Below are positions 9,211 to 16,781 of a DNA stretch of 64,000 nt, piece after piece. Both the position numbers and the translations under genes were made by a program. The notes below the pieces were generated by a model. It ran no database searches and was not told where the DNA came from. It was given only the letters and a program-made list of their open reading frames with translations. The stretch lies in the sequence record PP464953.1, one strand, 5' to 3'. Origin of the DNA: Escherichia phage ECP2309. Position 1 is the first letter of the stretch. Each line of letters begins with the position of its first letter.

Positions 9211-9240
9211 GAAATAAAAAGCCCCGCACAATGGCGGGGC
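9211..9240 (-). terminator. rho-independent terminator
   Basis: stem GCCCCGC/GCGGGGC followed on minus strand by TTTTTATTTC; T-rich on plus side as well. Confidence 0.6.
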
Positions 9241-9248
9241 GTTGGTTG

Positions 9249-9446
9249 TTATTTGTCTTTATGGCGATATCGTTCTGCCTGTCGTTCACGTTCCAAAAGT
9301 AGGCCGGGCAATTTACGATCATAATGATTGCGCCAGATCTTCCCAAACCTTTTTGGCTTATTCAGTTTATTGTTACGCTGGCGGCGTTCTGGCAGCTCTT
9401 CGGAATCATGAGGGCGCTTTACAATTTTCTCGAAATTAATTTTCAT
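9249..9446 (-). CDS. small basic protein
   Basis: track ORF trimmed to ATG (M9) with G-rich SD. Confidence 0.5.
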   Translation of the reverse strand: MKINFEKIVKRPHDSEELPERRQRNNKLNKPKRFGKIWRNHYDRKLPGLLLERERQAERYRHKDK

Positions 9447-9789
9447 ATCTTCCCCCCTTGCTAACTTCAATATTGGCCTGAATAGCCCGGATGCGGCGCT
9501 TTATAACTTCCTGATCTGTGTGGTCGTATCCCCAAAAGTCTACAATTTTTGCGCCACCCGCTTCCAGGCGGTATAGTGTTTCCTGCATTTTGTAAGCCGG
9601 GATCGGTCGCGGTGTTACTTGGTCGCCTTCTTTATTTTTATACTTTATAATATAATCTTCGTTATCGTTGAATGCCCAAAATGGATATTCTGCAAGGGCG
9701 GTACTTCCTCTTTCCTTTTTATCCTGGATCTTATTTACAATTAAAGCCGTAGCAATAGCGCCAATAATAAAACTAGCCCCGCTAATCAT
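9436..9789 (-). CDS. membrane-anchored protein
   Basis: track ORF 117 aa; hydrophobic N-terminus; SD AAGGAG. Confidence 0.55.
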   Translation of the reverse strand: MISGASFIIGAIATALIVNKIQDKKERGSTALAEYPFWAFNDNEDYIIKYKNKEGDQVTPRPIPAYKMQETLYRLEAGGAKIVDFWGYDHTDQEVIKRRIRAIQANIEVSKGGRYEN

Positions 9790-9865
9790 GTGTACTTTCT
9801 CCTTTCATGGTGTTAATAAATTATCTTTATAGATGGCCCTGCAACCAGGACCACCGAAAAAATAA

Positions 9866-10111
9866 CTATTTCACAATGCCTACAAAACAGATCCCGCCTT
9901 CACCTATGTAAGCAATATCGGTAACTTTATAATTTGTCAAGATCTGTTTATTTAGTTCATTAATAAAATCGGTCATTGCGTTGGTGTAGTTGTCTTCCAT
10001 ATCTAAGGCATAATCCCAGGCGTAAGCCTTTTTACGTCCGAAGCCTTTTACCATGATACGGGCGCTTTTGGTGTTGGTGGGCGCATAATATTTGGTGATT
10101 AGTGCTGCCAT
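9866..10111 (-). CDS. hypothetical protein
   Basis: track ORF 81 aa; SD GAGGAG. Confidence 0.6.
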   Translation of the reverse strand: MAALITKYYAPTNTKSARIMVKGFGRKKAYAWDYALDMEDNYTNAMTDFINELNKQILTNYKVTDIAYIGEGGICFVGIVK

Positions 10112-10151
10112 GGTTTTAACTCCTCATTAGTTCAGTGTTAACAGTGTAAAG

Positions 10152-10196
10152 TTTACTTTATTGATGGCCCTGGAGTCAAGGCCATCTAAAAATAAA
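10152..10196 (-). repeat. palindromic promoter/operator element, copy 2
   Basis: near-identical to copy 1; TTGACT-N18-TAAACT on minus strand. Confidence 0.7.
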
Positions 10197-10197
10197 T

Positions 10198-10539
10198 TTA
10201 CTCGTTTTCTTCCAGCTCTGAAAGCTCTTCTTTCACTTCTTCGAGCTCTGTCTGCAATTCTTGGTACTCTTCATCGTCCTCAATATCCAGGCTGTCGATG
10301 TAGTCGCTAAATCCGCAGCGGTAAGCGATAGGATCTAGCTCCTTGAGGATACGCGACGGAAGAAAAGAAATGTTTCCGATCATAATTTCGCCGTAGATCT
10401 CGTCTAACCATTCATCATAGTTTTCGTCGTACTTGTCCTCGTCGATTTCAAAGTTATCGATCTTGTTCTCAAGGTCTGCGATCTGTTTTTTCAGCGCGGC
10501 GATCTGCATAGCTTTTTCTGCGGCGGTCATAGTAGTCAT
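10198..10539 (-). CDS. strongly acidic coiled-coil protein
   Basis: track ORF 113 aa, very D/E-rich; SD AAGGAG. Confidence 0.6.
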   Translation of the reverse strand: MTTMTAAEKAMQIAALKKQIADLENKIDNFEIDEDKYDENYDEWLDEIYGEIMIGNISFLPSRILKELDPIAYRCGFSDYIDSLDIEDDEEYQELQTELEEVKEELSELEENE

Positions 10540-10590
10540 GGTGTTTTCTCCTTTTGTGTGTTCTGGGAAGTTTTCCCGTTTACGTGTTTA

Positions 10591-10618
10591 AGTATACCGA
10601 TTTGGGTTAGCTTGTCAA
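10591..10618 (-). promoter_or_regulatory. sigma70-like promoter TTGACA-N16-TATACT
   Basis: followed by hairpin and SD AAGGAG before ATG at 10539. Confidence 0.6.
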
Positions 10619-10738
10619 TTAAAAATTTAAGAAAAATTTTGCAAAACTGTTGGCGCTACTCATTAACATTTGCGCCAGGATGTAACCGACAACGCAAACG
10701 ATAATAGTTACCTTTGTGTATTGGCGTGTAGTGCTCAT
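10619..10738 (-). CDS. small hydrophobic peptide (39 aa)
   Basis: hand-translated MSTTRQYTKVTIIVCVVGYILAQMLMSSANSFAKFFLNF; SD AGGGGG. Confidence 0.35.
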   Translation of the reverse strand: MSTTRQYTKVTIIVCVVGYILAQMLMSSANSFAKFFLNF

Positions 10739-10772
10739 CTTAAAGCCCCCTTTTTCGCTTAGTTGAGACTAG

Positions 10773-10816
10773 TTTACTTTATTGATGGCCCTGGAGTCAA
10801 GGCCATCTAAAAATAA
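10773..10816 (-). repeat. palindromic promoter/operator element, copy 3
   Basis: near-identical to copies 1 and 2. Confidence 0.7.
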
Positions 10817-10818
10817 AC

Positions 10819-11223
10819 TTAGTAAGTTTTCAGTACTTTACCGTCCAACCTGTCAAGCTGGATCTCGATAGCTGCAGAAAACCTATTGTACACCACGTCG
10901 CCCATAGAATCCAACCAATCTATGACGTTATACACCTGCTCTTTGTTCTTACAGGTCCGGATCCGTTTCATGATGTAAGCCGGATCAATATTGGTACTCT
11001 CGTCGGTGTTCCCCTGTACCTGGTTTGCCGTATTAGTTACATCTTTAATGGCCTTTACCACCACCTGGAAGGGCTTTAAGGTACCTTTTGCGTTCATCTC
11101 ACGCGCTTTTGCGGCGCGGTTGTTATATGTTACACAACGGCGGCAAATGTTGATCAAATGCATGTCAATAATTTTTTCATCGTTTGCCAGTTCATTCATG
11201 ATGCGGCGTACGTTCTTATTCAT
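10819..11223 (-). CDS. hypothetical early protein
   Basis: track ORF trimmed to ATG (M34); the extension runs through promoter, hairpin and the upstream gene. Confidence 0.6.
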   Translation of the reverse strand: MNKNVRRIMNELANDEKIIDMHLINICRRCVTYNNRAAKAREMNAKGTLKPFQVVVKAIKDVTNTANQVQGNTDESTNIDPAYIMKRIRTCKNKEQVYNVIDWLDSMGDVVYNRFSAAIEIQLDRLDGKVLKTY

Positions 11224-11272
11224 GATCTTTTTTCCTTTGTGTTGGCGGGAAACATTCCCGCCTTTTGTGCCC

Positions 11273-11300
11273 AGTTTACTTGAATTTTGCAGCGTGTCAA
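11273..11300 (-). promoter_or_regulatory. sigma70-like promoter TTGACA-N16-TAAACT
   Basis: followed by hairpin GGCGGGA..TCCCGCC (11244-11262). Confidence 0.6.
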
Positions 11301-11306
11301 CAATTT

Positions 11307-11705
11307 TTATTCGTGGGCGCATGTTACAATGTGCTTTTTATAGCCCAGGCGGTCAGCAAGTGCCGACAAAAACTCTTCTTCGTAGATCCAGCCGTCGGCA
11401 GTGATCCCCATAGCATTTAATGCGCTCTCAAGTGCTGCGTTGGCTTTATCATAACCGTGACCGCTCGCCTTGCCTCCAGTATAGCCGTACTTATTGTTCT
11501 TGTTGTCGTGTATCCAAAAAACGCAGTAGTGAGTGTTCCCGCTGGCGGCGGCATAATACCGGATCTCAGCTACTTCGTGCAAATTATTGTCATCGTCCAG
11601 GCCCACCAGATTATAAGCCTTGTAAAATCCACGATCACGGCGGCAGTTCTTGACATCAGAAAAAGAAAAGTCCGCATTATCAAAATTAAAGGTAGTGGTT
11701 TTCAT
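11307..11705 (-). CDS. hypothetical early protein
   Basis: track ORF 132 aa; SD AAGAGGA. Confidence 0.6.
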   Translation of the reverse strand: MKTTTFNFDNADFSFSDVKNCRRDRGFYKAYNLVGLDDDNNLHEVAEIRYYAAASGNTHYCVFWIHDNKNNKYGYTGGKASGHGYDKANAALESALNAMGITADGWIYEEEFLSALADRLGYKKHIVTCAHE

Positions 11706-11769
11706 GATTTTATCCTCTTAGTGTCTTTTGTGCTTTTAGTGTATTTGGTGTCGGACTGTATGTCAATAC

Positions 11770-11967
11770 TTATTTTTTATTAAACCAGTGGTTGATCTGG
11801 CCTTTTGTCAGGGCGCAACGATTAAGCTGTTGCCGAGTATAGCTCTGACCGCGACGGAATTTATAAAGGCCTTGCCCGTTGTTGATGGTTACATCCACCC
11901 GGCAAACCATTTGATCGGTGACCACCTGGCGAGTGTTGCGACGTACTTTGATTCCGTAGGCGTTCAT
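11770..11967 (-). CDS. small basic protein
   Basis: track ORF 65 aa; SD AGAGAGGA. Confidence 0.5.
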   Translation of the reverse strand: MNAYGIKVRRNTRQVVTDQMVCRVDVTINNGQGLYKFRRGQSYTRQQLNRCALTKGQINHWFNKK

Positions 11968-12020
11968 GATTTTTTATCCTCTCTGTTAATTGGTGTGGTG
12001 TTGTTCACCTTGCGAGGATA

Positions 12021-12049
12021 AGAATAACAATAACTGTACGAGCTGTCAA
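12021..12049 (-). promoter_or_regulatory. sigma70-like promoter TTGACA-N17-TATTCT
   Basis: read on minus strand upstream of ATG at 11967. Confidence 0.5.
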
Positions 12050-12386
12050 CCATTAGTTAGAATTATTTTTTTTGGGCAGAATTCTCCAGCCGCCGCCCCT
12101 ACCAGGTTAACCATCGTTTTTTCGTACTCTTCTTTATGTTCCAACGCTCCCGCCATAGCCTTTTCAACCAGGGCGATAGCCTCAGCGTCATTAATCGCTA
12201 CATTTCCAGGGGATCAAATTACCTTTCATTTTTGTACCTCCTCTTCAATTGTTACCTGCCCTATAGCATAGGCCTACCAGGTTTGCAAGCTTTCACTCTC
12301 TCCTACCTGGTCAGTCAGGTCCTGCCAGGTTGGCCCCGCCAGGTTGCAACGGTTAGCGCATCAGGTTAGAATTTTTTTGAAAAGTG

Positions 12387-12510
12387 TTGACAGCGGCCCC
12401 GCCAGGTGGCACAATATACCTATCGGAAGGACGGCAGGCACCGGTGACGGGGGAGACAACCACCGGGGATGGGCGCTGCATAAAATGAGAACGGTTATCA
12501 TTATCATTTA
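12387..12510 (+). other. structured non-coding unit A (candidate sRNA or regulatory element)
   Basis: starts with TTGACA; contains GGGAGACAACCACCGGGG and ends with near-palindrome GGTTATCATTATCATT. Confidence 0.4.
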
Positions 12511-12530
12511 AAAATTTATGCAAAAAATCC

Positions 12531-12640
12531 TTGCTTTCTTTGTCCTGTGTGATACTATAATAACAAGCCGGGGCAACAGGGGCCGGGAGACAATCACCGG
12601 GGGTGCCCGTTATTCTGCAAACGAGAATGATTATCATTCA
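12531..12640 (+). other. structured non-coding unit B, related to unit A
   Basis: TATAAT at 12556-12561; contains GGGAGACAATCACCGGGGG and near-palindrome AATGATTATCATTC. Confidence 0.4.
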
Positions 12641-12765
12641 AAATTCTAAATGAGAACTTTTCGCATTTCATAAATTTAGTTAGCATGCTAATTACCTACC
12701 GTGACAATTCTATATAAAATAATACCTCCTTAAATATTTCCATATACAAATTTTAAAAATCCATT

Positions 12766-12932
12766 TCCGAAAACGAAAAATCGATTTCGTCCCCAAAAAT
12801 TTCAGGTCGAGCTCCGGAACGATTTCCAGAAAATCTGATTCAGAAAACGAAAAACAGATCGAGTACTAAGAAATTTATCGAGAAAAATTTTCAGAAAATT
12901 CAATCTTTGAAACGAAAAACAGATCGAGTACT
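12766..12932. repeat. iteron-like direct repeats GAAAACGAAAAA(C/T)(A/C)GATCGAGTACT
   Basis: copies at 12769-12790, 12843-12867, 12909-12932 in AT-rich DNA with many shorter repeats. Confidence 0.6.
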
Positions 12933-13243
12933 GAGAGAGATGTATCAAAACCTACTGAGAATAATGGGCTTATTGTTATAAAAGGTCAAAGGTAAGCTGG
13001 GAAAGTTCTGGTAGAAGGGTGAGGGTATGTGCGGAAAATCTGGAATAGTAACTTAAAGTACGGTGCGAACGATAGAATGAGCAGCACATCTTATCGCGCC
13101 TGTCTTGAAAAATCCATTTTAGTTTTCGATCCATTTTCTGATTTTCTAAGAATTTTAAAATATCCGGCCAGGTAAAATATCAAAAGGAGGAAATCCATTT
13201 TAGAAATCCTCCTTATACTTGATGTGCCAGGGATTTTCAAGTA

Positions 13244-13573
13244 TCAACTGTCTTTGTTTTTAGGCTTGTGCATACGTAGAGGTATGGTCTTTATAACATT
13301 CCATCTACCCAACCCCTCCCAGTTCCAATTGTGAGCGTGATACCCGGTTATGCATGCACTGCTGGCGTGATCATAAGCATAAGAGAACGCTATGCGAACC
13401 AAGTGGGGCCAGTCCCTCCACGGCTGTGGACCGTAAGCCTTCCTCCAACACCGACACAAACTAATTGTCTCAAGAATAGGTAGAATAACAAATCCATATA
13501 CCGCCACCAAAATGGTCAGAGCAATGATTGTCAGGAATACATACCCTGCAGTTGAAATAATGATCTCTGTCAT
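13244..13573 (-). CDS. membrane protein
   Basis: track ORF 109 aa; hydrophobic N-terminus; SD AAAGGGGA. Confidence 0.5.
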   Translation of the reverse strand: MTEIIISTAGYVFLTIIALTILVAVYGFVILPILETISLCRCWRKAYGPQPWRDWPHLVRIAFSYAYDHASSACITGYHAHNWNWEGLGRWNVIKTIPLRMHKPKNKDS

Positions 13574-13767
13574 TTGTCATCCCCTTTCTTACGGATATAG
13601 ATGTGAGAGCCTGCTTGTACATAAATTTCCAGACCATCTTCTGCAAAGATGTGGAATACACGGTCGCCTTCGTATTCAATACGGGATATCTTCATAACGG
13701 TCTTCCCACCCGGAATGCGGATCTCATCACCCACAGCAATGTTCCATGCAGATTTAAGCTTAAACAT
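13570..13767 (-). CDS. hypothetical protein
   Basis: track ORF trimmed to ATG (M3) with SD AAAGGAGG. Confidence 0.5.
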   Translation of the reverse strand: MFKLKSAWNIAVGDEIRIPGGKTVMKISRIEYEGDRVFHIFAEDGLEIYVQAGSHIYIRKKGDDK

Positions 13768-14005
13768 CTGCACCCTCCTTTGGGAGCTCTAACTCTGGCA
13801 TAGCCATATACGCCACAACAGGGTTGTAATCAAAGTAGAAATGACCGTTAATTATCCCAGTTTTGTGGGCATAGTCACCAGATCCTGCAAGAACAATCTC
13901 GCAAACTCCGAAATCCACCTTGCCATTCTCATCTGCCATGGCTACAATATACTTTCCTAGAGGCATGTTTTTAACGCCGTCTACAAATGTCCACCCTTTG
14001 TTCAT
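13760..14005 (-). CDS. hypothetical protein
   Basis: track ORF 81 aa; SD AGGAGA. Confidence 0.55.
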   Translation of the reverse strand: MNKGWTFVDGVKNMPLGKYIVAMADENGKVDFGVCEIVLAGSGDYAHKTGIINGHFYFDYNPVVAYMAMPELELPKEGADV

Positions 14006-14025
14006 ACTTTATCTCCTGCACTTTC

Positions 14026-14358
14026 TTAAGGTAACCAGTAAACAATTTCGCCTTTCAGTTCCATGTCGTTACCGACATAGATTTTCCAGCCATCCATTTT
14101 AGCCACTGCAGGAGTGAAGTCCGTAGAACCACTAACCTCTTTCCAAGTCCCGTAGTCAGGTTGCCAGATATAGAATCCACCTTCCTTGTCCCATGCTCCA
14201 TATACCACATCGAGCAGGTTGCCCATTGCAACAATAGTAGGCCGTGGGAATAATACATCTACAGATGCGCCACAATTTCGGGTAGATTTTAAATTACAAT
14301 CCCAAAAGATGTCTGCCAGTGTGGCGGCGATAGCTTTACGTCTTTCTAATGTTACCAT
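14026..14358 (-). CDS. hypothetical protein
   Basis: track ORF 110 aa. Confidence 0.5.
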   Translation of the reverse strand: MVTLERRKAIAATLADIFWDCNLKSTRNCGASVDVLFPRPTIVAMGNLLDVVYGAWDKEGGFYIWQPDYGTWKEVSGSTDFTPAVAKMDGWKIYVGNDMELKGEIVYWLP

Positions 14359-14368
14359 GGTACGATAC

Positions 14369-14560
14369 TCACTTGTTGTTAAGAAGTTCTAAAACTTTCT
14401 GTTTTACTTTATCAAGGTCTGTTGATTCAAAAACTGTGCGATATCCCCAACTTTGCCCATAGGAATGACTGCAATCCCCGTAACACCATTGCTCAACTTG
14501 ATAGTATTCAAGGAATGGGTGCTGTCTAACTATGATGCCGTCTCGATTAAAAATTACCAT
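14369..14560 (-). CDS. hypothetical protein
   Basis: track ORF 63 aa. Confidence 0.45.
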   Translation of the reverse strand: MVIFNRDGIIVRQHPFLEYYQVEQWCYGDCSHSYGQSWGYRTVFESTDLDKVKQKVLELLNNK

Positions 14561-14623
14561 AATTTATCCCTCTCTGCTAGTCTATGTTTGTATTATATAC
14601 TGCAGTTTTCAGATGTCAACCTT

Positions 14624-14818
14624 TTACAGGTTACTCCAGTATAATCGGCATTTGCATTTTGGGCAATGAGGTTCTTTTATGTAGTAACCATCAGTCTTTG
14701 GAACACTTTTTGGTGCAGTTTTAAGATTGTACCGAGTAAAGCACCGGAAGCAGGTTACCTCTCCTACCTGTTGATCGTTTATCCACTCACCAGAGTAAAG
14801 CTCTTTCTTGTTTCTCAT
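14624..14818 (-). CDS. zinc-ribbon-like small protein
   Basis: track ORF trimmed to M20 with SD GGGAGA; CxxC...CxxC pattern (CFRC, CPKC). Confidence 0.5.
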   Translation of the reverse strand: MRNKKELYSGEWINDQQVGEVTCFRCFTRYNLKTAPKSVPKTDGYYIKEPHCPKCKCRLYWSNL

Positions 14819-14820
14819 AA

Positions 14821-15015
14821 TTATCTCCCTAGTCCTCTGCAATCTTCTACCAGAATCTCCAGCCAGAAAGCACACGGGAACACTTTGAGGATTGAATCTT
14901 TACTCGGCTCGGAAGTTCTTTTTCCATAGGGCAGGTAGAAATACCCTCCTGCAGATTCAAACATGGCTCCTTCTGTTGTATCTATCACAGCTAGAATTAG
15001 GATTTTAGTCTCCAT
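14821..15015 (-). CDS. hypothetical protein
   Basis: track ORF 64 aa; SD GGGGAG; weak call. Confidence 0.35.
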   Translation of the reverse strand: METKILILAVIDTTEGAMFESAGGYFYLPYGKRTSEPSKDSILKVFPCAFWLEILVEDCRGLGR

Positions 15016-15069
15016 AGTGCTCCCCTGTCTTAATCGTTGTGGTGACTATACCACCTTAAAATATAGCTG

Positions 15070-15609
15070 TCAACACCCTTTGTACTCCACCACGATAATA
15101 TCTATATCAAAAGTGGCAAGGTTAATAATGTCCTCTACATGTTCCCACTTCAAACCGCCTATGCCGCACCCGATCTTAGGGATGTAGAATGGTAAAATCG
15201 ACCCCTCAAATACTTCATTGACTCGCTCAAATCCTTTCAGTATTGAGAAATATTCAGCATTAGGTCCTGGATAGAACTGAGTATACAGATTTATTCCGTA
15301 GACAATACCTCTCGGAGATAAGTGCTCCCAACGGGAGAACGCGCCCAGTTTACTTAGGCAACCGTGCATAGTCATTTTATCAGCTTCCAATGCTTGAGGG
15401 AATTCACGAGCAATCTGCTTTGCTACACCCTTCCCCATTGTGTGGAAGCAGTTACAACCGTGGATCAGGTGACCAGCACCGCTCTTAAAAAGGGAGATTA
15501 AATCTCCCTCTACAGTATCAATAATCACGATATTCCAGCTCCTCTTCCACAATTTCAAAAAACTCAGTCCAGCACTGCGGCATATTGGAGTTACCGAAGT
15601 GGCTTTCAT
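15070..15609 (-). CDS. macro-domain (ADP-ribose-binding/processing) protein
   Basis: GDLIS...HLIHGCNCFHTMGKGVAKQI parallels the macro-domain GDIT...VNAAN..GGGV block; C-terminal IPKIGCGIGGL parallels the phosphate-binding loop; start uncertain (92-nt overlap if ATG at 15609; a GTG at about 15528 is the alternative). Confidence 0.55.
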   Translation of the reverse strand: MKATSVTPICRSAGLSFLKLWKRSWNIVIIDTVEGDLISLFKSGAGHLIHGCNCFHTMGKGVAKQIAREFPQALEADKMTMHGCLSKLGAFSRWEHLSPRGIVYGINLYTQFYPGPNAEYFSILKGFERVNEVFEGSILPFYIPKIGCGIGGLKWEHVEDIINLATFDIDIIVVEYKGC

Positions 15610-15943
15610 AGTAAAGGTTTTTACCGCTCGGAAGATAGAAATCTGTTACCTCATAAAATCCACAATCGTCGCACTCTCCCTCTTCAAACTTGGCCTTAAT
15701 CTTAATACCAAGGAAGGTGAAAAGTTTATGGATATCTTCGGTCTCGAACTCCCAACTAATGTTGTTTTCCGCATCGGTGTAAAACTGGATCAGTAGGCCA
15801 TCATCCATTTTTCCAAAATATTCTGTGAAGTAGCTCCCTTCCCAGAAGTCTTTGTGACAAATAATATCCATGCGCTTGCCCATAATAAAGGTGTGGGCGT
15901 TTCGTGCATCGTCACGAATCAGTTTTGGCATTTCATAAATCAT
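15518..15943 (-). CDS. hypothetical acidic protein
   Basis: track ORF 141 aa; SD GGAGA. Confidence 0.55.
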   Translation of the reverse strand: MIYEMPKLIRDDARNAHTFIMGKRMDIICHKDFWEGSYFTEYFGKMDDGLLIQFYTDAENNISWEFETEDIHKLFTFLGIKIKAKFEEGECDDCGFYEVTDFYLPSGKNLYYESHFGNSNMPQCWTEFFEIVEEELEYRDY

Positions 15944-16008
15944 CGTAGTTCTCCAGGATCAATAGGTGGTGCTACAGGAAGATCATAAAACATGGCGATC
16001 ACATTCTC

Positions 16009-16206
16009 TTACGCAGGAATTGCTTCAAACAGGCCGTTATCGATACCATCTTTCAAGTAAAGATTATACTCTATGTCGGTATCTGTGTAAAGGGCAGCAT
16101 CCAGCATTCTATCTGTGAGTCCATCCATTGGGTGGAGAAACCACCACCCACGCCAGTCAAAGTAACAACCTGGTGCATCTTCTCTCACACGGATTCGATA
16201 AATCAT
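16009..16206 (-). CDS. hypothetical protein
   Basis: track ORF 65 aa. Confidence 0.4.
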   Translation of the reverse strand: MIYRIRVREDAPGCYFDWRGWWFLHPMDGLTDRMLDAALYTDTDIEYNLYLKDGIDNGLFEAIPA

Positions 16207-16302
16207 GGGCAGTGGCCTCCTGTTAGTTACACATCCCAGTTTTCTTCGTTCATCACATCCTCCAGCTCTACAAGGTTATAATTGCACACCTTACAACCTG
16301 TG

Positions 16303-16719
16303 TCAACAGAAAACTTCAACAAATTCTTCCACAGTTTTAATGTCGTGGGAAAAAGGTTTACGGCTATAACGAGCAATAGCACTGTCAACCACCGCCCGGT
16401 ACTCCAAATCTTCAGAATATTTCATGAAGCATTGCAATGTCTCTGGACAGATAGCCAGATAGCTCCACCACCCCTCTTCAGATTGGTAGTCAAATCCCAT
16501 ACTCTCTAGCCACGAAGCGTATACACCTGCACCTTCCAGCCAGTGAGTATTTTCATCAAGGAACTTGTTCACAGTCATGTGAGCTTCTAAGCATTTATCC
16601 AACTCTTTTCCGTTAACCAGCCACGCACTGACAGTGGCGCATCCAAGGTCCACAGATTGGGTTGATAGATTGTATTGGTCATAGTTCTCAGGTTTAACAA
16701 TGATATCTTCTAATGTCAT
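16303..16719 (-). CDS. hypothetical protein
   Basis: track ORF 138 aa; SD AGAGAGGA. Confidence 0.6.
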   Translation of the reverse strand: MTLEDIIVKPENYDQYNLSTQSVDLGCATVSAWLVNGKELDKCLEAHMTVNKFLDENTHWLEGAGVYASWLESMGFDYQSEEGWWSYLAICPETLQCFMKYSEDLEYRAVVDSAIARYSRKPFSHDIKTVEEFVEVFC

Positions 16720-16734
16720 TTTTCAGTCCTCTCT

Positions 16735-16765
16735 ATACAAAAATGCCCCACCCTTTCGGGTAGGG
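16735..16765 (-). terminator. rho-independent terminator after the SSB-like gene
   Basis: stem CCCTACCC/GGGTGGGG with GAAA loop followed on minus strand by CATTTTTGTAT. Confidence 0.55.
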
Positions 16766-16781
16766 CTATGTTAACTAGATG

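Noticed and set aside
12437-12468. Resemblance of ACCACCGGGGA in unit A to part of the ZTP (pfl) riboswitch consensus
   Set aside because: Only one short segment matches and I cannot find the remaining conserved ZTP elements or a consistent fold; left as a question for an Infernal scan
12353-12637. Track ORF of 94 aa on the minus strand
   Set aside because: It lies entirely on the repeated structured units; its GTPGDCLP peptide is produced by the GGGAGACAA motif, and the same peptide appears in the spurious plus ORF 2767-3027
12760-12940. Possible CRISPR mini-array suggested by the regularly spaced GAAAACGAAAAA repeats
   Set aside because: Only three imperfect copies of unequal length, irregular spacers, AT-rich context and no cas genes; iterons fit better
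13176-13214. Hairpin AAGGAGG...CCTCCTT as terminator for the gene ending at 13244
   Set aside because: 7-bp stem with a 17-nt loop and only a modest U-tract; too weak to call
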